The notes: generated by a model from the sequence alone, not told the origin. A DNA stretch of 64,000 nt from Auanema rhodensis (GCA_964057225.1 OZ059899.1:3658001-3722000), one strand, 5' to 3'. Counted from the stretch's first letter, positions 13,501 through 28,541 are shown. A program made the numbers and translations.

Positions 13501-15388
13501 ATATCTCGGTGCATTTTTAAGCTAGCGCAAATCTGATAACACAGATCGACGAAGCTTAAAAATCCGCATCGAATGCACTATACTACATTGAGAAACGCTT
13601 AATACAAAAATTAGTTATGATCGTTTGAAAAATGATGCATTAGTGTATGTTGAGTTTCCATGTACACTCAACATTGCTTCCAAAAACATTTTGACAAAAA
13701 TTTTTTCGAAAAATTTCAAAATAATTTAGCAAAACGTAGATGTTTTTAGATTCCATTTTTCAAGGCAAAGACGATGGACAATGTTATTCAACGAAAAAAT
13801 TAATTCTTCAGGGTGAAAATCGGGTATATATGTGTGAACTTATATCAGTTGATATCTCGGTGCATTTTTAAGCTAGCGCAAATCTGATAACACAGATCGA
13901 CGCAGCTTGAAAATCCGCATCGAATGCACTATACTACATTGAGAAACGCTTAATACAAAAATTAGTTATGATCGTTTGAAAAATGATGCATTAGTGTATG
14001 TTGAGTTTCCATGTACACTCAACATTGCTTCCAAAAACATTTTGACAAAAATTTTTTCGAAAAATTTCAAAATAATTTAGCAAAAAGTAGATGTTTTTAG
14101 ATTCCATTTTTCAAGGCAAAGACGATGGACAAGGTTATTCAACAAAAAAAAAAATTCTTCAGGGTGAAAATCGAGGATATAAGTGTGAACTTATATCAGT
14201 TGATATCTCGGTGCATTTTTAAGCTAGCGCAAATCTGATAACACAGATCGACGCAGCTTAAAAATCCGCATCGAATGCATTATACTACATTTAGAAACGC
14301 TTATTACAAAAATTAGTTATGATCGTTTGAAAAATGATGCATTAGTGTATGTTGAGTTTCCATGTACACTCAACATTGCTTCCAAAAACATTTTGACAAA
14401 AATTTTTTCGAAAAATTTCAAAATAATTTAGCAAAACGTAGATGTTTTTAGATTCCATTTTTCAAGGCAAAGACGATGGACAATGTTATTCAACGAAAAA
14501 ATTAATTCTTCAGGGTGAAAATCGAGGATATAAGTGTGAACTTATATCAGTTGATATCTCGGTGCATTTTTAAGCTAGCGCAAATCTGATAACACAGATC
14601 GACGAAGCTTAAAAATCCGCATCGAATGCACTATACTACATTGAGAAACGCTTAATACAAAAATTAGTTATGATCGTTTGAAAAATGATGCATTAGTGTA
14701 TGTTGAGTTTCCATGTACACTCAACATTGCTTCCAAAAACATTTTGACAAAAATTTTTTCGAAAAATTTCAAAATAATTTAGCAAAACGTAGATGTTTTT
14801 AGATTCCATTTTTCAAGGCAAAGACGATGGACAATGTTATTCAACGAAAAAATTAATTCTTCAGGGTGAAAATCGGGTATATATGTGTGAACTTATATCA
14901 GTTGATATCTCGGTGCATTTTTAAGCTAGCGCAAATCTGATAACACAGATCGACGCAGCTTGAAAATCCGCATCGAATGCACTATACTACATTGAGAAAC
15001 GCTTAATACAAAAATTAGTTATGATCGTTTGAAAAATGATGCATTAGTGTATGTTGAGTTTCCATGTACACTCAACATTGCTTCCAAAAACATTTTGACA
15101 AAAATTTTTTCGAAAAATTTCAAAATAATTTAGCAAAAAGTAAATGTTTTTAGATTCCATTTTTCAAGGCAAAGACGATGGACAAGGTTATTCAACGAAA
15201 AAATTAATTTTTCAGGGTGAAAATCGGGTATATATGTGTGAACTTATATCAGTTGATATCTCGGTGCATTTTTAAGCTAGCGCAAATCTGATAACACAGA
15301 TCGACGCAGCTTGAAAATCCGCATCGAATGCACTATACTACATTGAGAAACGCTTAATACAAAAATTAGTTATGATCGTTTGAAAAAT
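7584..15388 (-). repeat. Inverted satellite block, 7805 bp (77 bp + 22 monomers + 6 bp)
   Basis: The sequence reads as the reverse complement (AGTTATGATCGTTTG; monomer position 1 at 7660, 8011 ... 15382). The repeat-derived ORF flips to the + strand at 9799 and 12256. Confidence 0.98.
10118..15031 (-). repeat. Nested 3-mer (1053 bp) and 7-mer (2457 bp) higher-order repeats inside the inversion
   Basis: The poly-A variant monomer occurs at 10469, 11522, 12926 and 13979. The CTAGCACAAA monomer occurs at 10118 and 12575 (+2457). ORFs at 9799 and 12256 differ by 2457. Confidence 0.88.
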
Positions 15389-18300
15389 TCGTTGAATAAC
15401 CTTGTCCATCGTCTTTGCCTTGAAAAATGGAATCTAAAAACATCTACTTTTTGCTAAATTATTTTGAAATTTTTCGAAAAAATTTTTGTCAAAATGTTTT
15501 TGGAAGCAATGTTGAGTGTACATGGAAACTCAACATACACTAATGCATCATTTTTCAAACGATCATAACTAATTTTTGTATTAAGCGTTTCTCAATGTAG
15601 TATAGTGCATTCGATGCGGGTTTTCAAGCTGCGTCGATCTGTGTTATCAGATTTGCGCTAGCTTAAAAATGCACCGAGATATCAACTGATATAAGTTCAC
15701 ACATATATACCCGATTTTCACCCTGAAGAATTAATTTTTTTGTTGAATAACATTGTCCATCGTCTTTGCCTTGAAAAAAGGAATCTAAAAACATCTACTT
15801 TTTGCTAAATTATTTTGAAATTTTTCGAAAAAATTTTTGTCAAAATGTTTTTGGAAGCAATGTTGAGTGTACATGGAAACTCAACATACACTAATGCATC
15901 ATTTTTCAAACGATCATAACTAATTTTTGTATTAAGCGTTTCTCAATGTAGTATAGTGCATTCGATGCGGATTTTTAAGCTGCGTCGATCTGTGTTATCA
16001 GATTTGCGCTAGCTTAAAAATGCACCGAGATATCAACTGATATATGTTCACACATATATACCCGATTTTCACCCTGAAGAATTAATTTTTTCGTTGAATA
16101 ACCTTGTCCATCGTCTTTGCCTTGAAAAATGGAATCTAAAAACATCTACTTTTTGCTAAATTATTTTGAAATTTTTCGAAAAAATTTTTGTCAAAATGTT
16201 TTTGGAAGCAATGTTGAGTGTACATGGAAACACAACATACACTAATGCATCATTTTTCAAACGATCATAACTAATTTTTGTATTAAGCGTTTCTCAATGT
16301 AGTATAGTGCATTCGATGGGGATTTTCAAGCTGCGTCGATCTGTGTTATCAGATTTGCGCTAGCTTAAAAATGCACCGAGATATCAACTGATATAAGTTC
16401 ACACATATATACCCGATTTTCACCCTGAAGAATTAATTTTTTCGTTGAATAACATTGTCCATCGTCTTTGCCTTGAAAAAAGGAATCTAAAAACATCTAC
16501 TTTTTGCTAAATTATTTTGAAATTTTTCGAAAAAATTTTTGTCAAAATGTTTTTGGAAGCAATGTTGAGTGTACATGGAAACTCAACATACACTAATGCA
16601 TCATTTTTCAAACGATCATAACTGATTTTTGTATTAAGCGTTTTTCAATGTAGTATAGTGCATTCGATGCGGATTTTCAAGCTGCGTCGATCTGTGTTAT
16701 CAGATTTGCGCTAGCTTAAAAATGCACCGAGATATCAACTGATATAAGTTCACACATATATACCCGATTTTCACCCTGAAGAATTAATTTTTTCGTTGAA
16801 TAACCTTGTCCATCGTCTTTGCCTTGAAAAATGGAATCTAAAAACATCTACTTTTTGCTAAATTTTTTTGAAATTTTTCGAAAAAATTTTTGTCAAAATG
16901 TTTTTGGAAGCAATGTTGAGTGTACATGGAAACTCAACATACACTAATGCATCATTTTTCAAACGATCATAACTAATTTTTGTATTAAGCGTTTCTCAAT
17001 GTAGTATAGTGCATTCGATGCGGATTTTTAAGCTGCGTCGATCTGTGTTATCAGATTTGCGCTAGCTTAAAAATGCACCGAGATATCAACTGATATATGT
17101 TCACACATATATACCCGATTTTCACCCTGAAGAATTAATTTTTTCGTTGAATAACCTTGTCCATCGTCTTTGCCTTGAAAAATGGAATCTAAAAACATCT
17201 ACTTTTTGCTAAATTATTTTGAAATTTTTCGAAAAAATTTTTGTCAAAATGTTTTTGGAAGCAATGTTGAGTGTACATGGAAACTCAACATACACTAATG
17301 CATCATTTTTCAAACGATCATAACTTATTTTTGTATTAAGCGTTTCTCAATGTAGTATAGTGCATTCGATGGGGATTTTCAAGCTGCGTCGATCTGTGTT
17401 ATCAGATTTGCGCTAGCTTAAAAATGCACCGAGATATCAACTGATATAAGTTCACACATATATACCCGATTTTCACCCTGAAGAATTAATTTTTTCGTTG
17501 AATAACATTGTCCATCGTCTTTGCCTTGAAAAAAGGAATCTAAAAACATCTACTTTTTGCTAAATTATTTTGAAATTTTTCGAAAAAATTTTTGTCAAAA
17601 TGTTTTTGGAAGCAATGTTGAGTGTACATGGAAACTCAACATACACTAATGCATCATTTTTCAAACGATCATAACTGATTTTTGTATTAAGCGTTTCTCA
17701 ATGTAGTATAATGCATTCGATGCGGATTTTTAAGCTGCGTCGATCTGTGTTATCAGATTTGCGCTAGCTTAAAAATGCACCGAGATATCAACTGATATAT
17801 GTTCACACATATATACCCGATTTTCACCCTGAAGAATTAATTTTTTCGTTGAATAACATTGTCCATCGTCTTTGCCTTGAAAAAAGGAATCTAAAAACAT
17901 CTACTTTTTGCTAAATTATTTTGAAATTTTTCGAAAAAATTTTTGTCAAAATGTTTTTGGAAGCAATGTTGAGTGTACATGGAAACTCAACATACACTAA
18001 TGCATCATTTTTCAAACGATCATAACTGATTTTTGTATTAAGCGTTTCTCAATGTAGTATAATGCATTCGATGCGGATTTTTAAGCTGCGTCGATCTGTG
18101 TTATCAGATTTGCGCTAGCTTAAAAATGCACCGAGATATCAACTGATATATGTTCACACATATATACCCGATTTTCACCCTGAAGAATTAATTTTTTCGT
18201 TGAATAACCTTGTCCATCGTCTTTGCCTTGAAAAATGGAATCTAAAAACATCTACTTTTTGCTAAATTTTTTTGAAATTTTTCGAAAAAATTTTTGTCAA

Positions 18301-20820
18301 AATGTTTTTGGAAGCAATGTTGAGTGTACATGGAAACTCAACATACACTAATGCATCATTTTTCAAACGATCATAACTAATTTTTGTATTAAGCGTTTCT
18401 CAATGTAGTATAGTGCATTCGATGCGGATTTTTAAGCTGCGTCGATCTGTGTTATCAGATTTGCGCTAGCTTAAAAATGCACCGAGATATCAACTGATAT
18501 ATGTTCACACATATATACCCGATTTTCACCCTGAAGAATTAATTTTTTCGTTGAATAACCTTGTCCATCGTCTTTGCCTTGAAAAATGGAATCTAAAAAC
18601 ATCTACTTTTTGCTAAATTTTTTTGAAATTTTTCGAAAAAATTTTTGTCAAAATGTTTTTGGAAGCAATGTTGAGTGTACATGGAAACTCAACATACACT
18701 AATGCATCATTTTTCAAACGATCATAACTTATTTTTGTATTAAGCGTTTCTCAATGTAGTATAGTGCATTCGATGGGGATTTTCAAGCTGCGTCGATCTG
18801 TGTTATCAGATTTGCGCTAGCTTAAAAATGCACCGAGATATCAACTGATATAAGTTCACACATATATACCCGATTTTCACCCTGAAGAATTAATTTTTTC
18901 GTTGAATAACATTGTCCATCGTCTTTGCCTTGAAAAAAGGAATCTAAAAACATCTACTTTTTGCTAAATTATTTTGAAATTTTTCGAAAAAATTTTTGTC
19001 AAAATGTTTTTGGAAGCAATGTTGAGTGTACATGGAAACTCAACATACACTAATGCATCATTTTTCAAACGATCATAACTGATTTTTGTATTAAGCGTTT
19101 CTCAATGTAGTATAATGCATTCGATGCGGATTTTTAAGCTGCGTCGATCTGTGTTATCAGATTTGCGCTAGCTTAAAAATGCACCGAGATATCAACTGAT
19201 ATATGTTCACACATATATACCCGATTTTCACCCTGAAGAATTAATTTTTTCGTTGAATAACCTTGTCCATCGTCTTTGCCTTGAAAAATGGAATCTAAAA
19301 ACATCTACTTTTTGCTAAATTATTTTGAAATTTTTCGAAAAAATTTTTGTCGAAATGTTTTTGGAAGCAATGTTGAGTGTACATGGAAACTCAACATACA
19401 CTAATGCATCATTTTTCAAACGATCATAACTTATTTTTGTATTAAGCGTTTCTCAATGTAGTATAGTGCATTCGATGGGGATTTTCAAGCTGCGTCGATC
19501 TGTGTTATCAGATTTGCGCTAGCTTAAAAATGCACCGAGATATCAACTGATATAAGTTCACACATATATACCCGATTTTCACCCTGAAGAATTAATTTTT
19601 TCGTTGAATAACATTGTCCATCGTCTTTGCCTTGAAAAAAGGAATCTAAAAACATCTACTTTTTGCTAAATTATTTTGAAATTTTTCGAAAAAATTTTTG
19701 TCAAAATGTTTTTGGAAGCAATGTTGAGTGTACATGGAAACTCAACATACACTAATGCATCATTTTTCAAACGATCATAACTGATTTTTGTATTAAGCGT
19801 TTCTCAATGTAGTATAATGCATTCGATGCGGATTTTTAAGCTGCGTCGATCTGTGTTATCAGATTTGCGCTAGCTTAAAAATGCACCGAGATATCAACTG
19901 ATATATGTTCACACATATATACCCGATTTTCACCCTGAAGAATTAATTTTTTCGTTGAATAACCTTGTCCATCGTCTTTGCCTTGAAAAATGGAATCTAA
20001 AAACATCTACTTTTTGCTAAATTTTTTTGAAATTTTTCGAAAAAATTTTTGTCAAAATGTTTTTGGAAGCAATGTTGAGTGTACATGGAAACTCAACATA
20101 CACTAATGCATCATTTTTCAAACGATCATAACTAATTTTTGTATTAAGCGTTTCTCAATGTAGTATAGTGCATTCGATGCGGATTTTTAAGCTGCGTCGA
20201 TCTGTGTTATCAGATTTGCGCTAGCTTAAAAATGCACCGAGATATCAACTGATATATGTTCACACATATATACCCGATTTTCACCCTGAAGAATTAATTT
20301 TTTCGTTGAATAACCTTGTCCATCGTCTTTGCCTTGAAAAATGGAATCTAAAAACATCTACTTTTTGCTAAATTTTTTTGAAATTTTTCGAAAAAATTTT
20401 TGTCAAAATGTTTTTGGAAGCAATGTTGAGTGTACATGGAAACTCAACATACACTAATGCATCATTTTTCAAACGATCATAACTAATTTTTCTATTAAGC
20501 GTTACTCAATGTAGTATAGTGCATTCGATGCGGATTTTCAAGCTGCGTCGATCTGTGTTATCAGATTTGCGCTAGCTTAAAAATGCACCGAGATATCAAC
20601 TGATATAAGTTCACACTTATATCCTCGATTTTCACCCTGAAGAAATAATTTTTTCGTTGAATAACATTGTCCATCGTCTTTGCCTTGAAAAATGGAATCT
20701 AAAAACATCTACTTTCTGCTAAATTATTTTGAAATTTTTCGAAAAAATTTTTGTCAAAATGTTTTTGGAAGCAATGTTGAGTGTACATGGAAACTCAACA
20801 TACACTAATGCATCATTTTT

Positions 20821-23800
20821 CAAACGATCATAACTAATTTTTGTATTAAGCGTTTCTCAATGTAGTATAGTGCATTCGATGCGGATTTTTAAGCTGCGTC
20901 GATCTGTGTTATCAGATTTGCGCTAGCTTAAAAATGCACCGAGATATCAACTGATATATGTTCACACATATATACCCGATTTTCACCCTGAAGAATTAAT
21001 TTTTTCGTTGAATAACCTTGTCCATCGTCTTTGCCTTGAAAAATGGAATCTAAAAACATCTACTTTTTGCTAAATTATTTTGAAATTTTTCGAAAAAATT
21101 TTTGTCAAAATGTTTTTGGAAGCAATGTTGAGTGTACATGGAAACACAACATACACTAATGCATCATTTTCCAAACGATCATAACTAATTTTTGTATTAA
21201 GCGTTTCTCAATGTAGTATAGTGCATTCGATGCGGATTTTCAAGCTGCGTCGATCTGTGTTATCAGATTTGCGCTAGCTTAAAAATGCACCGAGATATCA
21301 ACTGATATAAGTTCACACATATATACCCGATTTTCACCCTGAAGAATTAATTTTTTCGTTGAATAACATTGTCCATCGTCTTTGCCTTGAAAAAAGGAAT
21401 CTAAAAACATCTACTTTTTGCTAAATTATTTTGAAATTTTTCGAAAAAATTTTTGTCAAAATGTTTTTGGAAGCAATGTTGAGTGTACATGGAAACTCAA
21501 CATACACTAATGCATCATTTTTCAAACGATCATAACTGATTTTTGTATTAAGCGTTTTTCAATGTAGTATAGTGCATTCGATGCGGATTTTCAAGCTGCG
21601 TCGATCTGTGTTATCAGATTTGCGCTAGCTTAAAAATGCACCGAGATATCAACTGATATAAGTTCACACATATATACCCGATTTTCACCCTGAAGAATTA
21701 ATTTTTTCGTTGAATAACATTGTCCATCGTCTTTGCCTTGAAAAAAGTAATCTAAAAACATCTACTTTTTGCTAAATTATTTTGAAATTTTTCGAAAAAA
21801 TTTTTGTCAAAATGTTTTTGGAAGCAATGTTGAGTGTACATGGAAACTCAACATACACTAATGCATCATTTTTCAAACGATCATAACTGATTTTTGTATT
21901 AAGCGTTTCTCAATGTAGTATAATGCATTCGATGCGGATTTTTAAGCTGCGTCGATCTGTGTTATCAGATTTGCGCTAGCTTAAAAATGCACCGAGATAT
22001 CAACTGATATATGTTCACACATATATACCCGATTTTCACCCTGAAGAATTAATTTTTTCGTTGAATAACCTTGTCCATCGTCTTTGCCTTGAAAAATGGA
22101 ATCTAAAAACATCTACTTTTTGCTAAATTTTTTTGAAATTTTTCGAAAAAATTTTTGTCAAAATGTTTTTGGAAGCAATGTTGAGTGTACATGGAAACTC
22201 AACATACACTAATGCATCATTTTTCAAACGATCATAACTAATTTTTGTATTAAGCGTTTCTCAATGTAGTATAGTGCATTCGATGCGGATTTTTAAGCTG
22301 CGTCGATCTGTGTTATCAGATTTGCGCTAGCTTAAAAATGCACCGAGATATCAACTGATATATGTTCACACATATATACCCGATTTTCACCCTGAAGAAT
22401 TAATTTTTTCGTTGAATAACCTTGTCCATCGTCTTTGCCTTGAAAAATGGAATCTAAAAACATCTACTTTTTGCTAAATTATTTTGAAATTTTTCGAAAA
22501 AATTTTTGTCAAAATGTTTTTGGAAGCAATGTTGAGTGTACATGGAAACTCAACATACACTAATGCATCATTTTTCAAACGATCATAACTAATTTTTGTA
22601 TTAAGCGTTTCTCAATGTAGTATAGTGCATTCGATGCGGATTTTTAAGCTGCGTCGATCTGTGTTATCAGATTTGCGCTAGCTTAAAAATGCACCGAGAT
22701 ATCAACTGATATATGTTCACACATATATACCCGATTTTCACCCTGAAGAATTAATTTTTTCGTTGAATAACCTTGTCCATCGTCTTTGCCTTGAAAAATG
22801 GAATCTAAAAACATCTACTTTTTGCTAAATTATTTTGAAATTTTTCGAAAAAATTTTTGTCAAAATGTTTTTGGAAGCAATGTTGAGTGTACATGGAAAC
22901 TCAACATACACTAATGCATCATTTTTCAAACGATCATAACTAATTTTTGTATTAAGCGTTTCTCAATGTAGTATAGTGCATTCGATGCGGATTTTTAAGC
23001 TGCGTCGATCTGTGTTATCAGATTTGCGCTAGCTTAAAAATGCACCGAGATATCAACTGATATATGTTCACACATATATACCCGATTTTCACCCTGAAGA
23101 ATTAATTTTTTCGTTGAATAACCTTGTCCATCGTCTTTGCCTTGAAAAATGGAATCTAAAAACATCTACTTTTTGCTAAATTATTTTGAAATTTTTCGAA
23201 AAAATTTTTGTCAAAATGTTTTTGGAAGCAATGTTGAGTGTACATGGAAACACAACATACACTAATGCATCATTTTTCAAACGATCATAACTAATTTTTG
23301 TATTAAGCGTTTCTCAATGTAGTATAGTGCATTCGATGCGGATTTTCAAGCTGCGTCGATCTGTGTTATCAGATTTGCGCTAGCTTAAAAATGCACCGAG
23401 ATATCAACTGATATAAGTTCACACATATATACCCGATTTTCACCCTGAAGAATTAATTTTTTCGTTGAATAACATTGTCCATCGTCTTTGCCTTGAAAAA
23501 AGGAATCTAAAAACATCTACTTTTTGCTAAATTATTTTGAAATTTTTCGAAAAAATTTTTGTCAAAATGTTTTTGGAAGCAATGTTGAGTGTACATGGAA
23601 ACTCAACATACACTAATGCATCATTTTTCAAACGATCATAACTGATTTTTGTATTAAGCGTTTTTCAATGTAGTATAGTGCATTCGATGCGGATTTTCAA
23701 GCTGCGTCGATCTGTGTTATCAGATTTGCGCTAGCTTAAAAATGCACCGAGATATCAACTGATATAAGTTCACACATATATACCCGATTTTCACCCTGAA

Positions 23801-25032
23801 GAATTAATTTTTTCGTTGAATAACATTGTCCATCGTCTTTGCCTTGAAAAAAGTAATCTAAAAACATCTACTTTTTGCTAAATTATTTTGAAATTTTTCG
23901 AAAAAATTTTTGTCAAAATGTTTTTGGAAGCAATGTTGAGTGTACATGGAAACTCAACATACACTAATGCATCATTTTTCAAACGATCATAACTGATTTT
24001 TGTATTAAGCGTTTCTCAATGTAGTATAATGCATTCGATGCGGATTTTTAAGCTGCGTCGATCTGTGTTATCAGATTTGCGCTAGCTTAAAAATGCACCG
24101 AGATATCAACTGATATATGTTCACACATATATACCCGATTTTCACCCTGAAGAATTAATTTTTTCGTTGAATAACCTTGTCCATCGTCTTTGCCTTGAAA
24201 AATGGAATCTAAAAACATCTACTTTTTGCTAAATTTTTTTGAAATTTTTCGAAAAAATTTTTGTCAAAATGTTTTTGGAAGCAATGTTGAGTGTACATGG
24301 AAACTCAACATACACTAATGCATCATTTTTCAAACGATCATAACTAATTTTTGTATTAAGCGTTTCTCAATGTAGTATAGTGCATTCGATGCGGATTTTT
24401 AAGCTGCGTCGATCTGTGTTATCAGATTTGCGCTAGCTTAAAAATGCACCGAGATATCAACTGATATATGTTCACACATATATACCCGATTTTCACCCTG
24501 AAGAATTAATTTTTTCGTTGAATAACCTTGTCCATCGTCTTTGCCTTGAAAAATGGAATCTAAAAACATCTACTTTTTGCTAAATTATTTTGAAATTTTT
24601 CGAAAAAATTTTTGTCAAAATGTTTTTGGAAGCAATGTTGAGTGTACATGGAAACTCAACATACACTAATGCATCATTTTTCAAACGATCATAACTAATT
24701 TTTGTATTAAGCGTTTCTCAATGTAGTATAGTGCATTCGATGCGGATTTTTAAGCTGCGTCGATCTGTGTTATCAGATTTGCGCTAGCTTAAAAATGCAC
24801 CGAGATATCAACTGATATATGTTCACACATATATACCCGATTTTCACCCTGAAGAATTAATTTTTTCGTTGAATAACCTTGTCCATCGTCTTTGCCTTGA
24901 AAAATGGAATCTAAAAACATCTACTTTTTGCTAAATTTTTTTGAAATTTTTCGAAAAAATTTTTGTCAAAATGTTTTTGGAAGCAATGTTGAGTGTACAT
25001 GGAAACTCAACATACACTAATGCATCATTTTT
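20821..25032 (+). repeat. 6-monomer tandem duplication (2106 bp x2)
   Basis: Rare variants GAAACACAAC (~21146, ~23251), CGTTTTTCAA and AAAAAGTAATC (~21748, ~23853) repeat at about +2106. Confidence 0.85.
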
Positions 25033-28000
25033 CAAACGATCATAACTAATTTTTGTATTAAGCGTTTCTCAATGTAGTATAGTGCATTCGATGCGGATTT
25101 TTAAGCTGCGTCGATCTGTGTTATCAGATTTGCGCTAGCTTAAAAATGCACCGAGATATCAACTGATATAAGTTCACACTTATATCCTCGATTTTCACCC
25201 TGAAGAAATAATTTTTTCGTTGAATAACATTGTCCATCGTCTTTGCCTTGAAAAATGGAATCTAAAAACATCTACTTTTTGCTAAATTATTTTGAAATTT
25301 TTCGAAAAAATTTTTGTCAAAATGTTTTTGGAAGCAATGTTGAGTGTACATGGAAACTCAACATACACTAATGCATCATTTTTCAAACGATCATAACTAA
25401 TTTTTGTATTAAGCGTTTCTCAATGTAGTATAGTGCATTCGATGCGGATTTTTAAGCTGCGTCGATCTGTGTTATCAGATTTGCGCTAGCTTAAAAATGC
25501 ACCGAGATATCAACTGATATATGTTCACACATATATACCCGATTTTCACCCTGAAGAATTAATTTTTTCGTTGAATAACCTTGTCCATCGTCTTTGCCTT
25601 GAAAAATGGAATCTAAAAACATCTACTTTTTGCTAAATTTTTTTGAAATTTTTCGAAAAAATTTTTGTCAAAATGTTTTTGGAAGCAATGTTGAGTGTAC
25701 ATGGAAACTCAACATACACTAATGCATCATTTTTCAAACGATCATAACTAATTTTTGTATTAAGCGTTTCTCAATGTAGTATAGTGCATTCGATGCGGAT
25801 TTTTAAGCTGCGTCGATCTGTGTTATCAGATTTGCGCTAGCTTAAAAATGCACCGAGATATCAACTGATATATGTTCACACATATATACCCGATTTTCAC
25901 CCTGAAGAATTAATTTTTTCGTTGAATAACATTGTCCATCGTCTTTGCCTTGAAAAATGGAATCTAAAAACATCTACTTTTTGCTAAATTATTTTGAAAT
26001 TTTTTGAAAAAATTTTTGTCAAAATGTTTTAGGAAGCAATGTTGAGTGTACATGGAAACTCAACATACACTAATGCATCATTTTTCAAACGATCATAACT
26101 AATTTTTGTATTAAGCGTTTCTCAATGTAGTATAGTGCATTCGATGCGGATTTTCAAGCTGCGTCGATCTGTGTTATCAGATTTGCGCTAGCTTAAAAAT
26201 GCACCGAGATATCAACTGATATAAGTTCACACATATATACCCGATTTTCACCCTGAAGAATTAATTTTTTCGTTGAATAACATTGTCCATCGTCTTTGCC
26301 TTGAAAAAAGGAATCTAAAAACATCTACTTTTTGCTAAATTATTTTGAAATTTTTCGAAAAAATTTTTGTCAAAATGTTTTTGGAAGCAATGTTGAGTGT
26401 ACATGGAAACTCAACATACACTAATGCATCATTTTTCAAACGATCATAACTAATTTTTGTATTAAGCGTTTCTCAATGTAGTATAATGCATTCGATGCGG
26501 ATTTTTAAGCTGCGTCGATCTGTGTTATCAGATTTGCGCTAGCTTAAAAATGCACCGAGATATCAACTGATATAAGTTCACACTTATATCCTCGATTTTC
26601 ACCCTGAAGAAATAATTTTTTCGTTGAATAACATTGTCCATCGTCTTTGCCTTGAAAAATGGAATCTAAAAACATCTACTTTCTGCTAAATTATTTTGAA
26701 ATTTTTCGAAAAAATTTTTGTCAAAATGTTTTTGGAAGCAATGTTGAGTGTACATGGAAACTCAACATACACTAATGCATCATTTTTCAAACGATCATAA
26801 CTAATTTTTGTATTAAGCGTTTCTCAATGTAGTATAGTGCATTCGATGCAGATTTTTAAGCTGCGTCGATCTGTGTTATCAGATTTGCGCTAGCTTAAAA
26901 ATGCACCGAGATATCAACTGATATATGTTCACACATATATACCCGATTTTCACCCTGAAGAATTAATTTTTTCGTTGAATAACCTTGTCCATCGTCTTTG
27001 CCTTGAAAAATGGAATCTAAAAACATCTACTTTTTGCTAAATTATTTTGAAATTTTTCGAAAAAATTTTTGTCAAAATGTTTTTGGAAGCAATGTTGAGT
27101 GTACATGGAAACTCAACATACACTAATGCATCATTTTTCAAACGATCATAACTGATTTTTGTATTAAGCGTTTCTCAATGTAGTATAATGCATTCGATGC
27201 GGATTTTTAAGCTGCGTCGATCTGTGTTATCGGATTTGCGCTAGCTTAAAAATGCACCGAGATATCAACTGATATATGTTCACACATATATACCCGATTT
27301 TCACCCTGAAGAATTAATTTTTTCGTTGAATAACCTTGTCCATCGTCTTTGCCTTGAAAAATGGAATCTAAAAACATCTACTTTTTGCTAAATTTTTTTG
27401 AAATTTTTCGAAAAAATTTTTGTCAAAATGTTTTTGGAAGCAATGTTGAGTGTACATGGAAACTCAACATACACTAATGCATCATTTTTCAAACGATCAT
27501 AACTAATTTTTGTATTAAGCGTTTCTCAATGTAGTATAGTGCATTCGATGCGGATTTTTAAGCTGCGTCGATCTGTGTTATCAGATTTGCGCTAGCTTAA
27601 AATGCACCGAGATATCAACTGATATATGTTCACACATATATACCCGATTTTCACCCTGAAGAATTAATTTTTTCGTTGAATAACCTTGTCCATCGTCTTT
27701 GCCTTGAAAAATGGAATCTAAAAACATCTACTTTTTGCTAAATTTTTTTGAAATTTTTCGAAAAAATTTTTGTCAAAATGTTTTTGGAAGCAATGTTGAG
27801 TGTACATGGAAACTCAACATACACTAATGCATCATTTTTCAAACGATCATAACTAATTTTTGTATTAAGCGTTTCTCAATGTAGTATAGTGCATTCGATG
27901 CAGATTTTTAAGCTGCGTCGATCTGTGTTATCAGATTTGCGCTAGCTTAAAAATGCACCGAGATATCAACTGATATATGTTCACACATATATACCCGATT

Positions 28001-28541
28001 TTCACCCTGAAGAATTAATTTTTTCGTTGAATAACCTTGTCCATCGTCTTTGCCTTGAAAAATGGAATCTAAAAACATCTACTTTTTGCTAAATTATTTT
28101 GAAATTTTTCGAAAAAATTTTTGTCAAAATGTTTTTGGAAGCAATGTTGAGTGTACATGGAAACTCAACATACACTAATGCATCATTTTTCAAACGATCA
28201 TAACTAATTTTTGTATTAAGCGTTTCTCAATGTAGTATAGTGCATTCGATGCGGATTTTCAAGCTGCGTCGATCTGTGTTATCAGATTTGCGCTAGCTTA
28301 AAAATGCACCGCGATATCAACTGATATATGTTCACACATATATACCCGATTTTCACCCTGAAGAATTAATTTTTTCGTTGAATAACCTTGTCCATCGTCT
28401 TTGCCTTGAAAAATGGAATCTAAAAACATCTACTTTTTGCTAAATTTTTTTGAAATTTTTCGAAAAAATTTTTGTCAAAATGTTTTTGGAAGCAATGTTG
28501 AGTGTACATGGAAACTCAACATACACTAATGCATCATTTTT

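Noticed and set aside
7584-15388. Inverted block as a transposon or a foldback-read artefact
   Set aside because: It contains only satellite, with no TIRs or coding sequence. It is not an exact mirror about either junction and has private SNPs and its own HORs. Read-level confirmation is still needed.
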